Shown in pieces: positions 27,255 through 40,686 of a DNA stretch of 64,000 bases. Where the stretch lies: the NCBI GenBank assembly GCA_964016885.1, contig OZ024753.1, forward strand, positions 16,678,001-16,742,000. Direction: 5' to 3'. The notes under the pieces were generated by a model. It did no database searches and was not told the origin of the DNA. It saw only the letters and a program-made list of their open reading frames with translations. This DNA comes from Eledone cirrhosa (Eukaryota). Position numbers and translations under genes: made by a program. Position 1 is the first letter of the stretch. Each line of letters begins with the position of its first letter.

Positions 27255-30235
27255 CTACCTCTCTATTTACCTCTCTACCTTTTTAGTTACCTCTCTATTT
27301 ACCTCACTACCTCTCTACTTAACTACCTCTCTACCTTTTTAGTTACCTCTCTATTTACCTCACTACATCTCTACTTAACTACCTCTCTATTTAGCTACCT
27401 CTCTATTTAACTACCTCTCTACTAAGCTACCTCTCTACTTAACTACATCTCTACTTAGCTACTTCTCTACTTAACTACCTCTCTACTTAACTACCTCTCT
27501 ACTTAGTTACCTCTCTATTTAGCTACCTCTCTACTTAACTACCTCTCTACTTAACTACCTCTCTAGTTAGCTACCTCTCTATTTAGCTACTTCTCTACTT
27601 AACTACCTCTCTACTTAACTACCTCTCTACTTAGTTACCTCTATATTTAGCTACCTCTCTACTTAACTACCTCTCTACTTAACTACCTCTCTACTTAACT
27701 ACCTCTCTAGATAGCTACCTCTCTATTTAGCTACCTCTCTACTTAGCTAGCTCTCTACTTAGCTACCTCTATATTTAGCTACCTCTCTACTTGGCTACCT
27801 CTCTATTTAGCTACATCTCTACTTAGCTACCTCTCTACTTAACTACCTCTCTACTTCACTACCTCTCTACTTAGCTACCTCTCTATTTAGCTACCTCTAT
27901 ATTTAGCTACCTCTCTACTTAGCTACCTCTCTACTTAGCTACCTCTTTACTTAACTACCTCTCTACTTAGCTACCTCTCTACTTAACTACCTCTCTACTT
28001 TGCTACCTCTCTACTTTGCTACCTCTCTACTTAACTACCTCTGTACTTAGCTACCTCTTTATTTAGCTACCTCTATATTTAGCTACCTCTCTACTTAGCT
28101 ACCTCTCTACTTAACTACTTCTCTAGTTAGCTACCTCTCTACTTAGCTACCTCTTTACTTAACTACCTCTTTACTTAACTATCTCTTTACTTAACTACCT
28201 CTCTACTTAACTACCTCTCTACTTAACTACCTCTCTACTTAGCTACCTCTCTACTTAGCTACCTCTGTACTAAGCTACCTCTCTACTAAGCTACCTCTCT
28301 ACTTAACTACCTATCTACTTAACTACCTCTCTACTTAGCTACCACTCTACTAAGCTACCTCTCTACTAAGCTACCTCTCTACTAAGCTACCTCTCTACTA
28401 AACTACCTCTTTACTTAGCTACCTCTCTACTTAACTACCTCTCTACTTAGTTACCACTCTACTAAGCTACCTCTCTACTAAGCTACCTCTCTACTTAACT
28501 ACCTCTGTACTAAGCTACCTCTCTACTAAGCTACCTCTCTACTAAGCTACCTCTCTACTAAGCTACCTCTCTACTTAACTACCTCTTTACTTAACTACCT
28601 CTTTACTTAACTACCTCTCTACTTAACTACCTCTCTACTAAGCTACCTCTCTACTAAGCTACCTCTCTACTAAGCTACCTCTCTACTTAAATACCTCTCT
28701 ACTTAACTACATCTCTACTAAGTTACCTCTCTACTAAGCTACCTCTCTACTAAGCTACCTCTCTACTTAACTACCTCTCTACTTAACTACCTCTCTACTT
28801 AGCTACCTCTCTACTTAACTACCTCTCTACTTAGCTACCACTCTACTAAGCTACCTCTCTACTAAGCTACCTCTCTACTTAACTACCTCTCTACTTAACT
28901 ACCTCTGTACTAAGCTACCTCTCTACTAAGCTACCTCTCTACTAAGCTACCTCTCTACTTAACTACCTCTCTACTTAGCTACCACTCTACTAAGCTACCT
29001 CTCTACTTAACTACCTCTCTACTTAGCTACCTCTGTACTAAGCTACCTCTCTACTAAGCTACCTCTCTACTAAGTTACCTCTCTACTTAACTACCTCTCT
29101 ACTTAGCTACCTCTCTACTTAACTACCTCTCTACTTAACTACCTCTCTACTTAGCTACCACTCTACTAAGCTACCTCTCTACTAAGCTACCTCTCTACTA
29201 AGCTACCTCTCTACTAAGCTACCTCTCTACTAAGCTACCTCTCTACTTAACTACCTCTCTACTTAGCTACCACTCTACTAAGCTACCTCTCTACTTAACT
29301 ACCTCTCTACTTAGCTACCTCTCTACTAAGCTACCTCTCTACTTAACTACCTCTCTACTTAACTACCTCTCTACTTAGCTACCACTCTACTAAGCTACCA
29401 CTCTACTAAGCTACCTCTCTACTAAGCTACCTCTCTACTTAACTACCTCTTTACTTAGCTACCTCTTTACTTAACTACCTCTCTACTAAGCTACCTCTTT
29501 ACTTAACTACCTCTCTACTTAACTACCTGTCTACCAAGCTACCTCTCTACTTAGCTACCACTCTACTAAGCTACCTCTCTACTTAACTACCTCTCTACTT
29601 AACTACCTCTCTACTAAGCTACCTCTCTACTTAGCTACCTCTCTACTAAGCTACCTCTCTACTTAACTACCTCTCTACTTAGCTACCACTCTACTAAGCT
29701 ACCTCTCTACTAAGCTACCTCTTTACTAAGCTACCTCTCTACTTAACTACCTCTCTACTTAGCTACCACTCTACTAAGCTACCTCTCTACTAAGTTACCT
29801 CTCTACTTAACTACCTCTGTATTAAGCTACCTCTCTACTAAGCTACCTCTCTACTAAGCTACCTCTCTACTTAACTACCTCTCTACTTAGCTACCTCTCT
29901 ACTTAGCTACCTCTCTACTTAGCTACCTCTCTACTTAACTACCTCTCTACTTAGCTACCTCTCTACTTAACTACCTCTCTACTTAGCTACCTCTCTACTT
30001 AACTACCTCTCTACTTAGCTACCTCTCTACTTAACTACCTCTCTACTTAGCTACCTCTCTACTTAACTACCTCTCTACTTAGCTACCTCTCTACTAAGCT
30101 ACCTCTCTACTTAACTACCTCTGTACTAAGCTACCTCTCTACTAAGCTACCTCTCTACTAAGCTACCTCGCTACTTAACTGCCTCTCTACTTAGCTACCT
30201 CTCTACTTAACTACCTCTCTACTTAGCTACTACTC
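27255..30235. repeat. 16-bp minisatellite (ctacctctctacttaa / -tag / -aag)
   Basis: About 3 kb, roughly 185 units. Confidence 0.97.
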
Positions 30236-30279
30236 TACTTATCTATCTTTCTTCTAAGCAATCCCCCTTGTGGTGGCAC

Positions 30280-30905
30280 AGCAGTGACATAGCTGTGACA
30301 TGTTAATGACACTGTGATCACATGACTGGCATGGTGGTGACACGATGTTGACACAGTGATTACATGGCTGTGACATGATAGTGACACAGCAATGACATGG
30401 TAGTGACATGGTGACACACAATGACATGGCTGTGACACAGAGGTGACATGGTTGTGACATGGTGACACAGCGATGACATGGTTGTGACATAGTGCTGACA
30501 TGGGTGTGACACAGTAATGACACAGTGATGACATGGCTGTGACATGGTGCTGACACAGCAATGACATGGCTGTGACACAGTAATGACACTGCTGTGACAT
30601 GGTGCTGACACAGCAATGACATGGCTGTGACACAGTAATGACACTGCTGTGACATGGTGCTGACACAGCAATGACATGGCTGTGACACAGTAATGACCTG
30701 CTGTGACGTGGTGCTGACACAGCAATGACATGGCTGTGACACAGTAATGACCTGCTGTGACGTGGTGCTGACACAGCAATGACATGGCTGTGACACAGTA
30801 ATGACCTGCTGTGACGTGGTGCTGACACAGCAATGACGTGGATGTGACACAGTAATGACACAACAATGACATGGTAGTGACACTGCTGTGACATGGTAGT
30901 AGCAC
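30280..30905. repeat. tgaca-rich minisatellite with a higher-order unit of about 60 bp
   Basis: tgacacagcaatgacatggctgtgacacagtaatgac.. recurs. Confidence 0.85.
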
Positions 30906-30979
30906 TGCTGGAATACAGCAGCAATGTAATGATGACACAACAGTAACACCCTGATGACAGCATTTCTTTACCATTTCAG

Positions 30980-31044
30980 GATATGTTGGCAGCAGCAAAT
31001 GACTGAAGAATTCTACAGAAAACAGTGGAAACACCATGTAAATG
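30980..31044 (+). CDS. Candidate host-gene exon (ICWQQQMTEEFYRKQWKHHVN)
   Basis: Acceptor tttctttaccatttcAG, donor G|GTATGT, only one open frame, unique sequence between repeats. Confidence 0.5.
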
Positions 31045-31529
31045 GTATGTACTTCTCTCTCTTGCTCTCCCTCTCTTTTTCTCTCTCTCTCTTTCTCTTT
31101 CTTTCCCTCTCTCTCTCTTTATCTCTCTCTTTCTTTCTCTCTCTCTTGCTCTCTCTCTTCCTCTCTCTCTTTCTCTTGCTCTCTCTCTTTCTCTCTTTCT
31201 CTCACTACTACTCTCTCTCTTTCTCTTCTCACTCTCTTTCTCTCTCTTTCTCTTCTCACTCTCTTTCTCTCTCTTTCTCTCTCTTTCTCTCACTCTCCAT
31301 CTCTCTTTCTCTCACTGACTTTCTCTATCTCTCTTTCCATCACCCTCTCCATTATCTCCATCTTTCTCTCTACATCTCTCTCTCTCTCCACCTTTCCCTT
31401 CCAATCTCTCTCTCCTCTCTCTCTTTCACTCACTTTCTCTCTCTATCACTCTCTCTTTCCACTTGCCCCCCACTCCCATCTAAAGATGATAGAAGAGAAA
31501 ATACAAGTTCTGTGATGGTTATACAGATA

Positions 31530-31722
31530 ATTGCTTCCACTTTTTGGTACAAGGCCAGCAATTATCCCAGTGCATTACTGGTACTTTATTTTATCGACCC
31601 TCGTAAGGATGAAAGGCAAAGTTAACCTCGGCGGGATTTGAACTCAGAATAGCAAGAGCCGTAACTCTATGCGTCAAAGCATGGCGTCCGACCCTCTACC
31701 GATACTGCCAATCCACCACCCT
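31530..31722 (-). mobile_element. Meta-domain-like SINE
   Basis: Family match to 7219. Confidence 0.85.
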
Positions 31723-31864
31723 TTGGTTATACAGATAATGAGCCAAAATAGAGAAGCTTGTCATGGGACCCATCATATTAACTCCTGCTTTATCAAGGGA
31801 AATGGCTTTAAAATGCTTGTTGTTGTTGTTGTTGTGTGTATTTGGTCAACATATTTCATTCTAG

Positions 31865-31895
31865 ACACCACAGCTCACCTAAATATCAGAAAAGG
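31865..31895 (+). CDS. Candidate small exon (DTTAHLNIRKG)
   Basis: Acceptor tttcattctAG; phase-compatible with 30980-31044 and 40687; donor gtacat is weak. Confidence 0.3.
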
Positions 31896-32017
31896 GTACA
31901 TTGGAGGATGTTGTCTAAGATGGACTAACTTCCTGTTTGGATGTGATTGGACTAGGAGGAATCTCTGTTTAGTCTTCTTAACTCCATATGATGATGATAG
32001 TATGTCATATAATATAT

Positions 32018-32503
32018 AAATGAGGTTGGTGTTAGGAAGGGCATCCAGCTGTAGAAATCAAGCCAGAATCAGTTCCCGTCCCACCCTTGCAAGCAAGGAA
32101 AAGCGGACGTAAAAATGGAGGCACATGGCTTAGTGGTTAGAGCATTGGCCTTGCAATCAAAAGGTTGTGAGTTCAATTCTCAGACTGGGTGATGTGTTGT
32201 TTCCTTGAGCAAGACACTTTATTTCACATTGCTCCAGTTTACTCAGCTGTAGAAATGAGATGATAGGGACTGGGGTCCCTATCATTCCACTGCAAAGTGG
32301 TTGTGGAGGTGCCACGGCAAGAAAGCACCCAGCCCACATTGTAAAGTGGACGTGTAGGCGCCACGGTAAAAAAGCACCCATCATTCACTGTAAATGAGGT
32401 TGGTGTTAGGAAGGGGGTCCAGCTGTAGAAATCAAGCCAGAATCAATTCCCGTCCCACCCTTGCAAGCAGGGAAAAAGCGGATGTAAAAATGATGATGAT
32501 GAT
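32018..32503 (+). mobile_element. CORE-like SINE preceded by a copy of its own 3' tail
   Basis: Tail 32018-32116 directly abuts head ggaggcacatggc at 32117. Confidence 0.8.
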
Positions 32504-32683
32504 GGTATATATATATATATTATATGACGGTATGTCATATAATATCATCATCATCATCATCATCATCAGGTTTAGCGTCCGTGTTCCACGCTTGCATGGG
32601 TTTGGACGGGGGTTTTCCCACTTGAGGCAAGAGTGGTTGTCTTGCTCGCATAGGACTGTCTCGCATATATATATATATATACT

Positions 32684-32888
32684 TCGTTTTTGAATTTGTT
32701 CTGCAAGATTTCTTACCTGAAAGCGTGTGTTGAAATAGATATTATTATACTTTGGGAGGAAAGAGCTTTGACAATATATAAACAACCATCAGGTTATTGA
32801 ACCAACCAACCAGAAATTTCTAATAAATTGAAATGAAAACCATCAGGTGCATGTGTTTTCATTGGTAGCATGACCCTCCCAAAGTATA

Positions 32889-32890
<2 letters not shown>
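32684..32890. mobile_element. Collapsed copy of the 62120 palindromic element
   Basis: Same tail and arm sequences with the centre deleted; junction at gaaagagctttgac. Confidence 0.65.
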
Positions 32891-32959
<69 letters not shown>

Positions 32960-32964
<5 letters not shown>

Positions 32965-33150
32965 GTTTCTACTTTAGGCACAAGGCCAGCAATTACCCAG
33001 TGCATTACTGGTACTTTTTATTTTATCGACCCCGTAAGGATGAAAAGCAAAGTCAACCTCGGCGGAATTTGAACTCAGATCGTAAAGGGACGTAACTATG
33101 CTGGAAAGTATGGCGTCCGACCCTCCACCGATACTGCCAATCCACCGCCC
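32960..33150 (-). mobile_element. Meta-domain-like SINE
   Basis: Family match. Confidence 0.85.
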
Positions 33151-33152
33151 TG

Positions 33153-33196
<44 letters not shown>

Positions 33197-33259
33197 GTAT
33201 AATAAACAATACAATATAATTACCTCCTATGACTCTTTCAATTTTCAACGGAAACTTCA

Positions 33260-33322
<63 letters not shown>

Positions 33323-33363
33323 CGAAACATAAGTCAGTTGCATGAACTCATAATCCTTTATTT

Positions 33364-33419
33364 ACTGCTATATATATTTCGATGATAGCCATTGAATGGC
33401 TATGACCTCATCAGGCAGT
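33364..33419 (-). ncRNA. Type-I hammerhead ribozyme, canonical core
   Basis: Reverse complement: acugc CUGAUGA ggucauagccau-uca-auggcuaucauc GAAA uauauAUA gcagu. Confidence 0.78.
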
Positions 33420-33478
33420 TAGTCAGTTCTTAGATATGCCAGCTCTGTGTTTATAGTGTTGATGGTATCAGAGCCTTG

Positions 33479-33542
<64 letters not shown>

Positions 33543-33602
33543 ATATTAGTGTTGATGGTATCAGAGCCTTGGGACATATACATATATATATATATATATA
33601 TA

Positions 33603-33990
33603 TATTAATAAAAGGAATTCCCACTTTGTCTGATTTACTCGTTTTATTTACAATCCTTTAAAATTTATAATGGTATTAGAATGAAATAGTATGGTAGAAT
33701 ATTAAATGTTAAGTGTTAATTGGACAAGTACTTTCATGCTTTCGCAATCTTCAGGTTCATAATATGTGGTGACAGTAAAGTTTGCAATTTTCAACTGTTG
33801 AAAATTGCCAATTTGACTGTCACCACATATTATGAACCTGAAGATTGCGAAAGCATGAAAGTACTTGTCCAATTAACACTTAACATTTAATATTCTATCA
33901 TACTATTTCATTCTAATACCATTATAAATTTTAAAGGATTGTAAATAAAACGAGTAAATCAGACAAAGTTGAAATTCCTTTTATTAATAT
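33603..33990. mobile_element. Near-perfect palindrome (centre about 33796) with a hammerhead in each arm
   Basis: Arms about 193 bp; CUGAAGA u-ugc-gaaa-gca-u GAAA GUAC UU at 33838-33866, mirrored at about 33726-33754; (TA)n flanks. Confidence 0.75.
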
Positions 33991-34049
33991 ATATATATAT
34001 ATACACAATCATACACACCCGTGTATATTTATCTATATATATATATATA

Positions 34050-34510
34050 CAATGATATTAAATAAATGGAAACTATATTTATAAAACCATATTTATTTTA
34101 TTATATATATTTCAAGAGCAACCAAGACAACATTGGTATGCTTTCATCAGATAAAATACAAAGTTTGTTTTATAAATAGAGACATACCCATGAAAATCAT
34201 ACCTTATCGGTTGGAAATTCACTGGATAGTGACTATCCAGTGAATTTCCAACCGATAAGGTATGATTTTCATGGGTACGTCTCTATTTATAAAACAAACT
34301 TTGTGTTTTATCTGATGAAAGTGCACCAATGTTGTCTTGGTTACCCTTGAAATATATATAATAAAATAAATATGGTTTTATAAATATAGTTTCCATTTAT
34401 TTAATATCATTGAATATTTACTCTATTTTATTTGTTGAGTGCTCTAAATCAGTTATAAACATTTATGTTTGTTGGACTTCCAACAAATTAAATACAACTT
34501 CTACTTATTC
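34050..34510 (+). mobile_element. Palindrome (centre about 34231) plus tail; hammerhead 34305-34367 and its mirror
   Basis: Arms 34050-34230 and 34232-34412; uuuuau CUGAUGA..GAAA uauauAUA auaaaa; tail tactc..gagtgc. Confidence 0.75.
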
Positions 34511-35744
34511 ATATATATATATATCTAGGGAGTATAACGTGAAGTTACTGTAGGTTCATCCAGGTGAGCACTCAGTGTTTAGGTTCATGTCAGTGGCGAG
34601 GTGTAGAGCTAAACAGAGTGTAATATAAATACAAAGCTGATTTGTTAAGCCTTCATTATGTTTATTGATTGGTGACACGTGTTTCACTATTGATCAGCTC
34701 AAGGTTCGATCTCTGTCGATCTGGCCCGACTCTGGAATCAAAAACTCATTGGACTTCTGCTGTTGTAATGACAGAATTTCCCAATGACTCAGCATATTGA
34801 GGCAACTGCCAAGCTGTAGGTTTTACATTAGAGTGTCCTTCCCCTAGCCTCTGGTTTAAAAGCCTATCCTGGTGGCACTGGGGGTTTAGAGATTTTCTTC
34901 TCCTAGGTTGCCAACCATAGCTAATATGAAACCAGTCTGCCCATCACTCAGTTATACCGCTGAGTACCCGGTCGTGCCTGTAGCAGGTGCTGTAGAAACA
35001 AGAGGTATCACTGGAAGGTGTTGCTGGAGACACAGTTGAGGAGAGGCATGTGCACACAGCAAGCTGTAGACACAGTGGCAGTCACTTGCCCTGGACAGGA
35101 CAGGTGCTGCAATCACATCACTACCCCCCCCCCTCCTCTCATATGGATTAACAAGAAAGGGTAACAAATAACAAAAAAACAACTTAAGAAACTCTTTGGA
35201 CTAACCTCATTTACATATACTCAACAGATGGTAAAATAACTGTTTTAATATATTCAAACAAGAAAGTATAATAATTAAAGTCATAAAAACTTGACAAAAT
35301 AAATATTCTTTTTGTTGTAGAAAAATATAAATCATTTCAGAAAAAAATAATAAATTATTTTTTCTATTTTAATCTATATTTTTTATATTTTTCTTCTTAA
35401 ATATTTCTTTCTTTCATATATTGTTTTATGTTTTATATATTTTTTCTTTGAATATTTAACTAAAAATTATGTTAAAATCTTTTATTTGTTTACTCATTAA
35501 ATGTATATGTGTGGGTATGTATGTGTATGTATGTATGCGTGTATGTATGTATGTGTATGTATGTATGTATGTGTGTGTATGTGTATGTATGTGTGTGGGT
35601 GTGTATGTATATATATATGTATGTGTGCGTGTATGTATATACATAAGAAAACAAAAGGTAAAATGACATATCTTTATTACTCCAAGACTTGTTTCTATGA
35701 TTTTACATATTCACTGTATTGTTTACAAGAGTTATGTCGGATTT

Positions 35745-38310
35745 CATCATCATCATTATCGTTTTACATCCATTTCTCCAGGCTAGCATGGGTTAGACAA
35801 GTTGTCCTGTTGTGGGTAATGCCAGGTCGGGTGAAGATGTCTCGCTCATACAGAACTGATTTTGTTCTGTATGAGCGACATGTCTTGCTCATACAGAACA
35901 GTGAGTACTGGGTGCTTTTTGTTGTGACACCTACACAACAACTTTACAGTGAGTACTGGGTGCTTTTTGTTGTGACACCTACACAACAACTTTACAGTGA
36001 GTACTGGGTGCTTTTTGTTGTGACACCTACACAACAACTTTACAGTGTGGGCTGGGTGCTTTTTGTTGTGACACCTACACAACAACTTTACAGTGTGGGC
36101 TGGGTGCTTTTTGTTGTGACACCTACACAACAACTTTACAGTGTGGACTGGGTGCTTTTTGTCATAACACCTACACAACCACTTTACAGTGTGGACTGGG
36201 TGCTTTTTGTTGTGACACCTACACAACAACTTTACAGTGTGGGCTGGGTGCTTTTTGTTGTGACACCTACACAACTACTTTACAGTGTGGACTGGGTGCT
36301 TTTTGTCATAACACCTACACAACCACTTTACAGTGTGGGCTGGGTGCTTTTTGTTGTGACACCTACACAACAACTTTACAGTGTGGGCTGGGTGCTTTTT
36401 GTTGTGACACCTACACAACAACTTTACAGTGTGGACTGGGTGCTTTTTGTCATAACACCTACACAACCACTTTACAGTGTGGACTGGGTGCTTTTTGTTG
36501 TGACACCTACACAACTTTACAGTGTGGGCTGGGTGCTTTTTGTTGTGACACCTACACAACTACTTTACAGTGTGGACTGGGTGCTTTTTGTCATAACACC
36601 TACACAACCACTTTACAGTGTGGGCTGGGTGCTTTTTGTTGTGACACCTACACAACAACTTTACAGTGTGGGCTGGGTGCTTTTTGTTGTGACACCTACA
36701 CAACAACTTTACAGTGTGGACTGGGTGCTTTTTGTCATAACACCTACACAACCACTTTACAGTGTGGGCTGGGTACTTTTTGTTGTGACACCTACACAAC
36801 AACTTTACAGTGTGGGCTGGGTGCTTTTTGTTGTGACACCTACACAACTACTTTACAGTGTGGACTGGGTGCTTTTTGTCATAACACCTACACAACCACT
36901 TTACAGTGTGGGCTGGGTGCTTTTTGTTGTGACACCTACACAACAACTTTACAGTGTGGGCTGGGTGCTTTTTGTTGTGATACCTACACAACAACTTTAC
37001 AGTGTGGGCTGGGTGCTTTTTGTTGTGATACCTACACAACAACTTTACAGTGTGGGCTGGGTGCTTTTTGTTGTGACACCTACACAACTACTTTACAGTG
37101 TGGACTGGGTGCTTTTTGTCATAACACCTACACAACCACTTTACAGTGTGGGCTGGGTGCTTTTTGTTGTGACACCTACACAACAACTTTACAGTGTGGG
37201 CTGGGTGCTTTTTGTTGTGACACCTACACACCAACTTTACAGTGTGGGCTGGGTACTTTTTGTTGTGACACCTACACAACTACTTTACAGTGTGGGCTGG
37301 ATGCTTTTTGTTGTGACACCTACACAACAACTTTACAGTGTGGACTGGGTGCTTTTTGTCATGACACCTACACAACCACTTTACAGTGTGGACTGGGTGC
37401 TTTTCGTCCTGACACCTACACAACTACTTTACAGTGTGGACTGGGTGCTTTTTGTCATAACACCTACACCACCACTTTACAGTGTGGACTGGGTGCTTTT
37501 TGTTGTGACACCTACACAATTACTTTACAGTGTGGACTGGGTGCTTTTTGTCATGACACCTACACAACCACTTTACAGTGTGGACTGGGTGCTTTTTGTC
37601 CTGACACCTACACAACTACTTTACAGTGTGGACTGGGTGCTTTTTGTTGTGACACCTACACAACCACTTTACAGTGTGGACTGGGTGCTTTTTGTCATGA
37701 CACCTACACTACTTTACAGTGTGGACTGGGTGCTTTTTGTCATGACACCTACACAACCACTTTACAGTGTGGACTGGGTGCTTTTTGTTGTGATACCTAC
37801 ACAACTACTTTACAGTGTGGACTGGGTGCTTTTTGTCATGACACCTACACAACTACTTTACAGTGTGGACTGGGTGCTTTTTGTGTGACACCTACATGAC
37901 TACTTTACAGTATGGACTGGGTGCTTTTTGTTGTGATACCTACACAACTACTTTACAGTGTGGACTGGGTGCTTTTTGTCATGACACCTACACAACTACT
38001 TTACAGTGTGGACTGGGTGTTTTTTGTTGTGATACCTACACAACTACTTTACAGTATAGACTGGGTGCTTTTTGTCATGACACCTACACAACCACTTTAC
38101 AGTGTGGACTGGGTGCTTTTTGTTGTGATACCTACTCAACTACTTTACAGTGTGGACTGGGTGCTTTTTGTCATGACACCTACACAACTACTTTACAGTG
38201 TGGGCTGGGTGCTTTTTACCGTGTCACCATCACAACCCACTTTACAGGGTTTCGGCCTGTCCTCAGGATAGATGTGTGAGATGGTGGGATGGGGTGGTGC
38301 ATACTGTATA
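35745..38310 (-). mobile_element. Composite RTE derivative hosting a 48-bp array
   Basis: RTE-type tail at 35745-35860; array unit equals the internal leader motif. Confidence 0.75.
35898..38247. repeat. 48-bp tandem array, about 49 units
   Basis: Unit acagtgtggactgggtgctttttgttgtgacacctacacaactacttt; explains the 795-aa pseudo-ORF. Confidence 0.97.
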
Positions 38311-38616
38311 TATTTCATAATTGCAATTAAGGTACAATTGAGCAGCTGACTAGTACATTCACTTCCCCAGGGAGGTGTTACAAATGGCTACGGTCAGTCG
38401 TAGCAACCTAGTCATTAAAGAAACCAACCAGGTGAGATAATGACAGGTGTTAAAAGGGATTCAAAATTACAATATAAAATAAGAAAACATAAAAATAAAA
38501 ATATATAATAAAGGCAAATATACTAGTGAGCAATATTGATAAAATATAATAAATAAAAAATGAATTATTTGGTGGCAAACTCTTGAAACATAAGTATGGA
38601 AATATAATGTATTTAA

Positions 38617-39022
38617 CCCTTTAGCATTTAAACTGGCCATATCCAGCCTGAATTCTCTCACTTCTTTCTGTTCAAACAGGCCATAACTGGCCACTCATAC
38701 TGATGTTAAGATATTGTTCTCAAAATAAATAACATCAAAAATCTCATAGATTTGATATTATGTGAGATAATTATGTAGATAAAGCCTTTACCACAAACAT
38801 ATAATAGTATATACAGAGCAGGGTTTCCTAAACTTTTTCAAACGCGGAACCCTTTTTGGATCAGAAACTTTGGGGGAACCTCAAAGTCTAATACTGTTAT
38901 ATGGTCATATTATAAATATACCCCTCTTCCATTTTTTCACAGACACTTGTTCGCAGAACCCTTGGGTTCCGTGGAACTCACTTTGGGAACTGCTGATATA
39001 GAGTAATGTAAATGGTAAAGGG
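38617..39022. mobile_element. TTAA piggyBac-like MITE with a nested hAT MITE
   Basis: TTAA-ccctttagcattta..gtaaatggtaaaggg-TTAA. Confidence 0.8.
38819..38995. mobile_element. hAT MITE (nested)
   Basis: cagggtttcctaaact / actttgggaactgctg; 8-bp target site duplication atacagag / atatagag. Confidence 0.75.
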
Positions 39023-39177
39023 TTAAAAATTATAAAAATATTAGTAGGGAAATTGTGAGAGGTACAAAAGAAATATAAAAAGGAATGCAAAGAGATAAGG
39101 ATATGATAACATTGTGCTTCTTCTACATTTTGCAGTGGTCGCCCCGTCATCTAAGTTGCAACTTGTGTAATGATAAT

Positions 39178-39855
39178 AATTGTTCTACTTTTTGGCACAA
39201 GGCCAGCAATAATCCCAGTGCATTACTGGTACTTTATTTTATTGACCCCGTAAGGATGAAAGGCAAAGTTAACCTCGGCGGGATTTGAACTCAGATTATA
39301 AAGGGCCGTAACTCTATGCTGCAAAGCATGGCATCAGACCCTCTACCGATACTGCCAATCCACCGCCCTTGTAATAATAATAATAATTTTAATAATAATA
39401 ATAATGAAAATTATTGAGTACAGTGCTCAGGTGCACTATAACTCATCAAAGGTGCATGTATAGTACATAGAATAATTGTTTCTACTTTTTGGCACAAGGC
39501 CATCAATTATTTCAGTGCATTACTGGTACTTTATTTTATCGACCCCGTAAGGATGAAAGGCAATGTTAACCTTGGTGGGATTTGAACTCAGACCATAAAG
39601 GGCCGTAACTCTTTGCTGCAAAGCATGGCATCAGACCCTCTACCGATACTGCCAATCCACCGCCCAATTACTAATAATTGTTTCTACTTTTGGCACAAGG
39701 CCATCAATTATCTCAGTGCATTACTGGTACTTTATTTTATCGACCCCCGTAAGGATGAAAGGCAACGTTAACCTTGGTGGGATTTGAACTCAGACCATAA
39801 AGGGCCGTAACTCTGTGCTGCAAAGCATGGCGTCCGACCCTCTACTGATACTGCA
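39178..39855 (-). mobile_element. Three Meta-domain-like SINEs in close succession
   Basis: Copies at about 39178-39368, 39474-39665 and 39676-39855; the latter two interrupt a CR1-like 3' remnant similar to 63505-63600. Confidence 0.85.
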
Positions 39856-40024
39856 TAGAATAATGTAGAAATGTGAGGAAAGTGAATGATACTTTGTCCT
39901 GCAACAGATCCTGGCTTTGTTGTACGACAAACTAAAGATTGTAAACTGTTGAAGCATTGGTTGAAGATGTCTGTCACCTCCATATTTAGAGTGGGTGGTT
40001 GGGTTTACTGAGTATGACTCAGGA

Positions 40025-40560
40025 ACTATGGAGGGGGAGGTCTGAGGTAGGATTATAGTGGGGGGGGGTCTGAGGTATGGATTAAGGGAGAGGGGGAGGT
40101 CTGAGGTAGGGATTAAGGGGGAGGGTGTCTGAGGTAGGGATTAGGGAGGGGAGGTCTGAGGTAAGAATTATGGAGGGGGAGGTCTGAGGTAGAATTGTAG
40201 AGGGGAGGTCTGAGGTAGGGCTTAAGGGGGAGGGTGTCTGAGGTAGGGATTATGGAGGGGAGGTCTGAAGTAGCGTTATGGAGGGGGAGGTCTGAGGTAG
40301 GATTATAGAGAGGGGAGGTAGGGATTGTGGGGGGTGGGCTCTGAGGTAGGGATTATGGAGGGGAGGTGGAGGTCTGAGGTAGGGATTGTGGAGGGGAGGT
40401 GGAGGTCTGAGGTAGGGATTAAGGAGGGGGAGGTCTGAGGGGATTATGGGGGTGTCTGAGGTAGGATTATGGAGGAGGAGGTCTGAGGTAGGGATTATAG
40501 AGGGGGGAGGTCTGAGGTAGGGTTTAAGGGGGGAGGTCTGAGGTAGGGATTATGGAGGAT
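40025..40560. repeat. G-rich minisatellite, about 25-bp unit (ggggaggtctgaggtagggattat)
   Basis: Tandem degenerate units with many G-runs. Confidence 0.9.
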
Positions 40561-40686
40561 GTCTTGGTTCTGGTATAGACATTTAGTTTGTAATTAACTT
40601 TGTTTTAACAAGTTTATTAGTTACAAGGTTGGTATTTAATGGTTTTATCCACTGGATGTTTTGTTTATTGTTGGTTTTGTTTTCAG

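Noticed and set aside
30235-31037. Cys/His-rich minus-strand ORFs resembling metal-binding proteins
   Set aside because: Open in all three frames because of the tgaca minisatellite
34952-35182. 76-aa minus-strand ORF in GC-richer sequence
   Set aside because: No recognisable domain or clean splice pair; adjacent to a decayed retroelement leader
35501-37888. 795-aa ORF
   Set aside because: Translation of a microsatellite plus a 48-bp (multiple of 3) TE-derived array; no coding evidence
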